Positions 56,800 to 64,000 of a stretch of DNA of 64,000 nt are shown here, piece by piece (within the stretch, counting starts at the first letter, position 1; each line of letters starts with the position of its first letter). A program made the position numbers and the translations under genes. The notes beneath the pieces are model-generated. The model was not told the origin of the DNA, searched no databases, and was given only the letters and a program-made list of their open reading frames with translations. Source of the DNA: Phoronis australis (taxonomy: Eukaryota > Animalia > Phoronida); the NCBI GenBank assembly GCA_002633005.1, contig NMRA01000275.1, positions 472,893 to 536,892 of the forward strand, written 5' to 3'.

Positions 56800-59700
56800 C
56801 TGAAAAGGGGACGAAATCCATGTAAAAAAATTAAGTTTACCAATATTTATTTGGCATTTCTGAAAATTACTTTTTGAACAAGAACATTTAGAGTATTTAT
56901 GAGTAAAAATGCTTCTTAAAGTTATAATACTGACAAGCCCTGCCAACATTTGACCACTTCAATTGAAAGGTTATTTCTCATTTTTAATCATTATTGAAAC
57001 AGCTGCCATAACAATAGGAAACAATTGTTTAATGGTGTCATGTCAGGCTTACGTAATTAGCATATTTATTGATTTCACATCTTTAAACAGTAAGTGTGCA
57101 GGAAGAACAACACTGAAGTATGCAAATAAGACAGCAAAAAATTAAACCAAATCAAATTTTATATTTGATACAAGGAAATGACTCATAACCTTTGTTGCAG
57201 TTGCATTCCCTACCAATTATTTTGTAAAAATTTAAATCCGTGTTTCGAGATCTAAGACCATGATTTGTTTTGATGCATAACATAAAACTTGGCACAGCTC
57301 TATTTTAGCTGCCTTATACGACAAACTTCGGTGCAGTGACTATACTTCCTTGTCAGATTAAATGGGAATTATGGTGAAATATGCAAAAATTGTTAACCCA
57401 CATCTTTTCAAAAGAAGCTTTGCAACAATCATTTTTTTAACTCCCAATTACTCTGGTAATTAGTTTAAGTGTAATTCATTAAACAACATTTAGCAATTAA
57501 AAAGCACTTGTCACTTACTTTTTTGCAAATCCTTTGCTATCTGCTACTACTTCGAATATACCTAGGAAGGAAAAATATCAGTGACCAGTAATACTATAAA
57601 AGCAACAGAGAAAAACATCCTTTCCCTCAACTCCTTTCCATTTTCCAACGAAAACGAAAAGTAGCCCTGTTGGCTCAGCACTTCACTGGACTAGCTTTAA
57701 ATGGATAAGTCCAAGGTTAAGCGTTCCTCAACTTATGATCTCCAACAAACCTCATCAGACAAATACAACAGCTCACTAGCAGTGCATTTTATAGGCAACT
57801 TAGTAGGTTCATACCAAGTGACACCAATACCAGAGGATAACCTCAATCAGCGGCTGAGTGCCCGTAGCGGCTGCAGTTACAGTCACTATAATCCTGTTAT
57901 GTCCGCTTTTGAGTTGCCTAAAAACCCTGTGTTAGTCAAAGAGTTGCACGCATTCATCAAAACGACTCTTGCATGGGACTGTCTTAAGCATACAGTAATC
58001 CGTGTCTGATGTCAGCAACATCTCTGATGTTAGGGTACTGAGGAGACGATAAGAGCAGCGAGTTGGCTGGGTGTTTTTTATCCTATTGCAAGTTGTTTGC
58101 ACTTAATATATATTTCTAAAATTGGAAAAAAACTGCTTTGATACCTTGAAGTTAGCTACAGCATAATTATTTAAACATTTACATCCTAATACCAAGATAT
58201 CTTCAAACAACCAGCAATAGGATGCATATTTATTGACCTGCTGAAAGCAGTTAAGTTCACAATATAATAAAAGTAGAACTGTGAGGCAAGGATGTGTTCA
58301 ACTGGCTGTGCTTAAGGTTACCAGGTATGTATTGAAAGAAATAGAAATAGATTTTAACCCGGTAAACGTCTATATTTTCTAAAAGGAGAAAGTCTGAAGA
58401 ATTTTCGACTTTTTGCCAGTCTGCCATGACTTGGGTTACGTGACCATATCTTCATTAAAATTAAGCAAAAAGAAAGTACATTGATTGCAAGACAACAGTA
58501 TCAACAACATGACCAAATCTCATTTCTGATAAATGTTTAAAAACATTGTAGTTTTCTAAATCATCATTTTTGTTTTCGCTTTATGCAATGTTCAACTTTT
58601 TCACAGAAATCATAAAAGTCCTATAACAGCCCCTTAAACAAAAATGGATTAAATATGTTAAAAACTATTTCTAACAGCACTGGTGAAAAGTGCATGAAAT
58701 ATAGTATTTGACAGTTCATATGAATCAATGTTCTTTAAATGGCCAAATTTGGTTATTTTCTAGGGTCCTATATAACCTCAATGAAAATTGCCACCAGGGA
58801 TCAATTGTAATTGNGATAACTTCAATCAGCGGCTGAGTGCCCGTAGCGGCTGCAGTTACACTCACTATAATCCTGTTATTTACGCTTTTGAGTTGCCTAA
58901 AAACCCTGTGTTAGTCAAAGAGTTGCACGCATTCATCAAAACGACTCTTGCATTGGACTGTCTTAAGCATACAGTAATCCGTGTCTGATGTCAGCAACAT
59001 CTCTGATGTTAGGGTACTGAGGAGACGATAAGAGCAGCGAGTTGGCTGGGTGTTTTTTTTATCCCATTGCAAGTTGTTTGCACTTAATATATATTTCTAA
59101 AATTGGAAAAAAACTGCTTTGATACCTTGAAGTTAGCTACAGCATAATTATTTAAACATTTGCATCCTAATACCAAGATATCTTCAAACAACCAGCAATA
59201 GGATGCATATTTATTGACCTGCTGAAAGCAGTTAAGTTCACAATATAATAAAAGTAGAGCTGTGATGCAAGGATGTGTTCAACTGGCTGTGCTTAAGGTT
59301 ACCAGGTATGTATTGAAAGAAATAGAAATAGATTTTAACCCAGTAAACGTCTATATTTTCTAAAAGGAGAAAGTCTGAAGAATTTTCGACTTTTTGCCAG
59401 TCTGCCATGACTTGGGTTATGTGACCATATCTTCATTAAAATTAAGCAAAAAGAAACTAAAGTACATTGATTGCAAGACAACAGTATCAACAACATGACC
59501 AAATCTCATTTCTGATAAATGTTTAAAAACATTGTAGTTTTCTAAATCATCATTTTTGTTTTCGCTTTATGCAATGTTCAACTTTTTCACAGAAATCATA
59601 AAAGTCCTATAACAGCCCCTTAAACAAAAATGGATTAAATATGTTAAAAACTATTTCTAACAGCACTGGTGAAAAGTGCATGAAATATAGTATTTGACAG

Positions 59701-62700
59701 TTCATATGAATCAATGTTCTTTAAATGGCCAAATTTGGTTATTTTCTAGGGTCCTATATAACCTCAATGAAAATTGCCACCAGGGATCAATTGTAATTGT
59801 ACAAAAAATGGCAGACGCCATCCTCAACAAAATACTCATTCCATTACGATCTTACATGTGGGTATAAAGTACAGAGGTTGACACGAAAACTAAAATTGCC
59901 AATGGGGACAGGATCAGACTGATCTGGGAGTTTTCACAAGCTGTAGTCTCCATGATGCAAATGCTGATGATGGGTAACAACAAGGTCTTAGTTACATTAC
60001 TATGGCACAAAAATTGACACTAGGAAGAGCAGCGCGGATTTGACTGGTAATTGGCAAGCTTGTTCATTTCTTAATAAAAAACACACTGATCAAAATTTAA
60101 AAGGTTAGCACTACAAAGGAAAAAAACAAAAACTGCCAGTAGCAGATCATCCTCTCCTTCTCAGAGATAAGTTTACTAAAGGTTTAAGGTGATATGGATG
60201 CGGATGCTAGACACAGATGTTATGTATGTTTAGGCACATATAAACCAACACTTTTCAATGGAGAAAATTCATATATAAAGTTGCACAATAGCGATGGAAA
60301 AATAGCTCTCCCTTCCTTTTCACAATGCTGCCAATATTCCAAATATCATAGCTTCTGTTTAAGTTTGACGAGTTCTTCATAGAATCACAACACATACCAT
60401 TTACAATGGGATCTCGGATAGTATATGCCATTTTCAACTCTGAGGGGTCGAATCGAAGCTTGTCATTATATACGTTGGTGATCTTCTTAATCAAACTTAG
60501 GTTGTCCACAGGGAAGGGCATGCCAGTCGCGTAACCAGCTGAAAGTCAAGAACATTGTATGTACAATACATGCTAAAATTAGATAAAATTACCCAGAATC
60601 CCATGCCATGGGAGCTGAGCACAAGTGGAATTCATTGTCACCGTAGCTGTCATTTGTGATTGGGATGAGAGAGAATTTATCAGTAACCTAACAAAAAAGA
60701 AACGCCAATCTAGGGTTAGCACAGGGCCCTCAATGCCCCGATTTTGGGGCCAAATATTGGCTACAAACCCTTGGGAAAAACATTCTAAAATCACCCAAAA
60801 ATACCCTCATCAGGTCCAAAAATTCCCCTTCAATGATTTTTAAAAATTCCATCTTTAAATTCACAGTCCTTCGAATTGTTGGCAATCGTGGGAGGTCCGT
60901 TCACCTACGTGAGAGAGGGTACTGTAGCCTATCGCTAAAATGCTGCGTCACCTGTCATTTTCTCTGAACGCAGCTAACCATCATCACTTGGAAAAAGCTG
61001 TGTCTGATTTTTTTGGCGAGCACTGCAACTCATGTGACAAAGGGGTCAACTGGTAACATCATTTAGTAGCTACCAGTTGTCAAAATGAAAAAAACAGAAA
61101 AAGTACCGAAAAAATAGCCTAACATTTCACCCTAATCCAATTTCAACATAGTATTGCACAAATATGGAGCTATCTCAAGGGCAATATTGGGTTACGTATG
61201 GACGAAAGGAGACCCAAGTTCCCCTGGTTGAATGTGACATTGTTCTCCCAAGCTCTATATGATCTGATAAGCCCATGGGATCGGCCACCCAAGGTCTATA
61301 TGACCTGATAAGCCCATGGGATCTGCCTCCCAAGGTCTATATGACTTGATAAGCCCATGGGATCGGCCTTTACTTGTTTTATTACACGACCACTTATGCT
61401 TCGTTCCTCTGATTTTTTCATCTATTGGAAAGTCTTTTTAAGCTTTGATGCACTGTAATCATCTGCTCACTGACTGTAATTTGTCAGATCACAAATAACA
61501 AAATCAAATTTCTGTGCAGCTTGATTGAAAAGTGATAAGACATGGTTAGCACCACCTCTAAATAAAAATCAGAGGACTGTGGTAGTATTAACAGTATTCC
61601 ACAGCTGCAGTATCTTATAAACTTTAATATTATTCTGTCAATACCAGCTTGACTTTGTGTACACCCTACCTATCCTGAGCACCATTTCCACGTCGTTGGA
61701 GCTAAGCTGGTTGATATTGAACAACCAGCCTGTTGAACCCGTCCCTGTGCTTATCGTCACCCCTGAACTCTTCTGCTTAAACGCCACAGAGTCGTCGAGG
61801 GAGATTTCATAGTAAGAGACCCTGCAATTATTTACTGCAGTTAAAATAAGTTCTGCCTTCTAACTTTCCTGAACCATTAAAGAACACTCTGTTCTTTAGC
61901 CAGCAAGTAACTTACAATAGCAACAAAAGGACAATACTTCAGTATTGAGGTTTATATCAATTTAATACTGTTGTACTATACCTGCATTGGCAATTGAAGG
62001 AACTAACTTTTTTAAGACAATTTAAAACTGATCTCAGCTTGTTCCTTACTCACGAAATGGTCTAAGGGCTTGGAAAGAACTGACTGTTAGTATTTGTGAT
62101 CATGCTCTGCACATAAAATGGCTGACATGACAAGCCAACTTATTGAGTCTCACCTCAAGCAATCGTAAATTCATCCAAAGCCCAGAAATTACAACTAATG
62201 CGAGTAAGGAACAAGCTCATTAACTGATTTCATAAACTTGGTAAGTTGCCTAAATCTTTAAGATTTACAGCACCTTTAGAATTCACTTTGTCCAACTTTA
62301 AAGACATGTGCAACCTTAATTAGGTCAATCCTGAGTCACAAACTTTGAACTAAAATAAACCAAGTTAGTAGCAGTAATCATTGAACTCCATTCTGGCTAT
62401 GGTATCTCTTTACACAATTAGGAACACAAACTGTCTGTATTAAAACATAAAACACATAGTTCCACCCCAAAACAGAAAACAAACTAATTGTTTTCAAAGA
62501 CAGCATTACATGGGGCTTTAAAAAACAACTCTGCATGAAATAAACAAATAATGCGATGATGCGTGTTAAGTTGTGTATCAAAGCTCCATACAGTCCTATC
62601 TTAGAAAACCAGGAATACACTTGTGTACTTGTCATCAGGGTCACTATTAAGATGACTGGCATAGATGTATATTAAGGTGGGGATAAAAATAAAATTAAGT

Positions 62701-63396
62701 CCATTTTACCCTGGTGCAACCTTGAGCAAAATATGTGCAGGATATTTCATTGTAATCTATCAAGATTTTTTTCGATTGAAAGACAAAACCAATACTTCGG
62801 AAAAAATACACCCCAACAATGAAAAGTACAGAAATCAATTATTTTACAGATCAAATTTCTCATCTAAGAAAAGAGTATGGTGAGGGGAACAAAACATTTT
62901 AAGGAAGGCCTGCACGTTAAAAACTATATACTTTAAAAAGAATGGATATTTAGTCATTTAGTTGGAGTGAATTCCATAGGCTACTCAACATGTGGATTTC
63001 AACAAGAGCATGTAGGTGTAACACCTAAGATTTGATTTCCTACACACTATAATTGTGTGAAAAGGCATACAACTCATCAAAGAAAGATGTAAATATACCC
63101 CGCAGTTTGCAAGTAGTCACAGTAATCAAAGGCAAAACCCTTAAATGTCTGAGATGGCAACATACTTTGAAGACAACTGCTCTCCAAAAAACACTTCATT
63201 TAATGCTAGCACCGGCAAAACCCGTTCGGGCCGTACGGGTTTGATGAATGATCCACTACTGAAGAGGTCGTCCTCCTGCTCATTTTCACCATATCGATCT
63301 TCAGGCGCCACAGCACACCGGTCCCGCAGTGAGATTGGGTCATCGTCATCATGTTTACCTGACATGGTGACACGAATCCGCTGACGCCATGACCAC
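56616..63396 (-). CDS. NADK2: NAD kinase 2, mitochondrial, 3' portion; 5 coding exons, 5' end outside window
   Basis: Exons 63396-63166, 61821-61670, 60538-60398, 57561-57519, 56799-56616 join in frame. Motifs WRQRIR, LALNEVFFGE (NE motif), SYYEIS, KQKSSGVTISTGTGSTGW, YTIRDPI, KSRMWDACLVIDGG..FNDGA...EDALRTV match NADK2. Confidence 0.95.
57519..57561 (-). CDS. NADK2: NADK2 43-nt micro-exon
   Basis: ttcctAG|GIFEVVADSKGFAK(K)|GTaagt; phases 1 and 2 fit the neighbouring exons. Confidence 0.85.
57661..58079 (-). ncRNA. Candidate structured non-coding RNA (~410 nt, family unassigned, strand uncertain) in a NADK2 intron
   Basis: Nested complementary pairs 57674-81/58035-42, 57753-61/58003-11, 57792-800/57912-20, 57817-22/57882-87 plus several local hairpins; T-runs at both ends; no recognised family signature. 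Confidence 0.35.
57836..59799. repeat. ~980-bp direct duplication separated by a single N (57836-58813 / 58815-59799)
   Basis: Near-identical copies (about 11 substitutions and 2 small indels counted by eye) abutting N at 58814. Confidence 0.9.
59750..60140 (+). mobile_element. Degenerate internal fragment of the same HINE-like family
   Basis: Monomer motifs AAAATTGCCACCAGGG, AAAACTAAAATTGCCAATGGGGA, AAAACAAAAACTGCC. Confidence 0.45.
60398..60538 (-). CDS. NADK2: NADK2 exon
   Basis: tttcAG|AGYATGMPF...KITNVYN...YTIRDPIVN(G)|GTatgt. Confidence 0.92.
61247..61368. repeat. 41-bp tandem repeat x3
   Basis: CCCAAGGTCTATATGACCTGATAAGCCCATGGGATCGGCCA. Confidence 0.9.
61670..61821 (-). CDS. NADK2: NADK2 exon
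   Basis: ttgcAG|VSYYEISLDD...KSSGVTISTGTGSTGWLFNIN...VLRI|GTaggg. Confidence 0.94.
63166..63396 (-). CDS. NADK2: NADK2 exon
   Basis: ttacAG|WSWRQRIRV...LPVLALNEVFFGEQLSS(K)|GTatgt. Confidence 0.92.
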
Positions 63397-64000
63397 CTGT
63401 AATTAAAAGAAATCATAAAAACTGGCCAAAATGACCTTTTGCAGAGTGGCACAAAATCAAGCTATGACTAAATGAATAAATAAATAAATAAAATATTAAT
63501 ATGATTTTAGGCCATGTGATCTGACCAAGTTGACTGTGATGAGGAATCTAACAAATGCATAAACAAATAAATGTTAAACACATTTCAAAATTTTGAAAAT
63601 TTGTTCCTCAGTAACAGTCCTTTTGAATAAACTGCTCACTACAATGGAAGAAAGCACTAAAAATCACATTCTTTTCAAAATCTATTCAATAACATTTATC
63701 CATAATGAAACCTAGCTCGAAGGGCTGCACAATTTTACAACACAAATAGGACATAAAGCTATGTATGCCACTGATACAATTGCATTGGGAGTAATTTAAT
63801 CTCATTACAGTAATTACTTTTGTCGTTTCCAATGACTAGTACAAAACAAGGGTTACCAACTACCTAACACACCTTCACAGGCAATAACACATTGAGGGGT
63901 GACTCAGGAATCCAAGCACAAATCTTATGATAAAAAATATAAAAATTCCTGCTGTTTACGTCCCAGTCTCACATTTTAGGACACATGCATGAGGTTCCTC

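Noticed and set aside
57701-58009. 102-aa ORF on + strand
   Set aside because: No recognisable domain or splice support; antisense within a NADK2 intron
57661-58079. RNase MRP/P, 7SK, SRP, U3, vault or group I/II identity for the structured element
   Set aside because: AGTCCC..GGGCTA resembles P4, but CR-I/CR-V spacing and helix topology do not fit and the duplicate copy breaks the pairing; no GAUC pair, SRP domain, U3 boxes, B box or intron core motifs recognised
61247-61368. Hammerhead-ribozyme-like CTGATAAGCCCATGGG
   Set aside because: Core should be CUGANGA plus GAAA; neither is intact

Overview
AT-rich, intron-containing animal genomic DNA, most likely a marine invertebrate (lophotrochozoan-like; an inference from gene and repeat style). 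Four spliced protein-coding genes were reconstructed exon by exon with consistent GT-AG sites and phases: the 3' part of the axonemal dynein intermediate chain DNAI4/WDR78 (+, 1931-7718), complete TFB1M (-, 11080-17012), a complete XK-related scramblase gene (+, 18973-48344) head-to-head with TFB1M, and the 3' part of mitochondrial NAD kinase NADK2 (-, 56616-63396). Non-coding DNA carries many non-autonomous elements: two Helentron/HINE-type elements with ~148-bp internal repeats containing CTCF-consensus motifs, palindromic TA-, ATT- and TTAA-flanked MITEs, a Kolobok-like THAP remnant, an L2/CR1-type LINE 3' end and minisatellites. The main unexplained signal is a ~410-nt, multiply nested fold-back region in a NADK2 intron (57661-58079). 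It looks like a structured ncRNA, with a telomere-template-like ACCCUAAC, H-box/ACA-like motifs, a TATA and T-runs, but its family is unassigned. Three single-N junctions exist: one separates a ~1-kb probable haplotype duplication and one lies inside the XKR coding tail.
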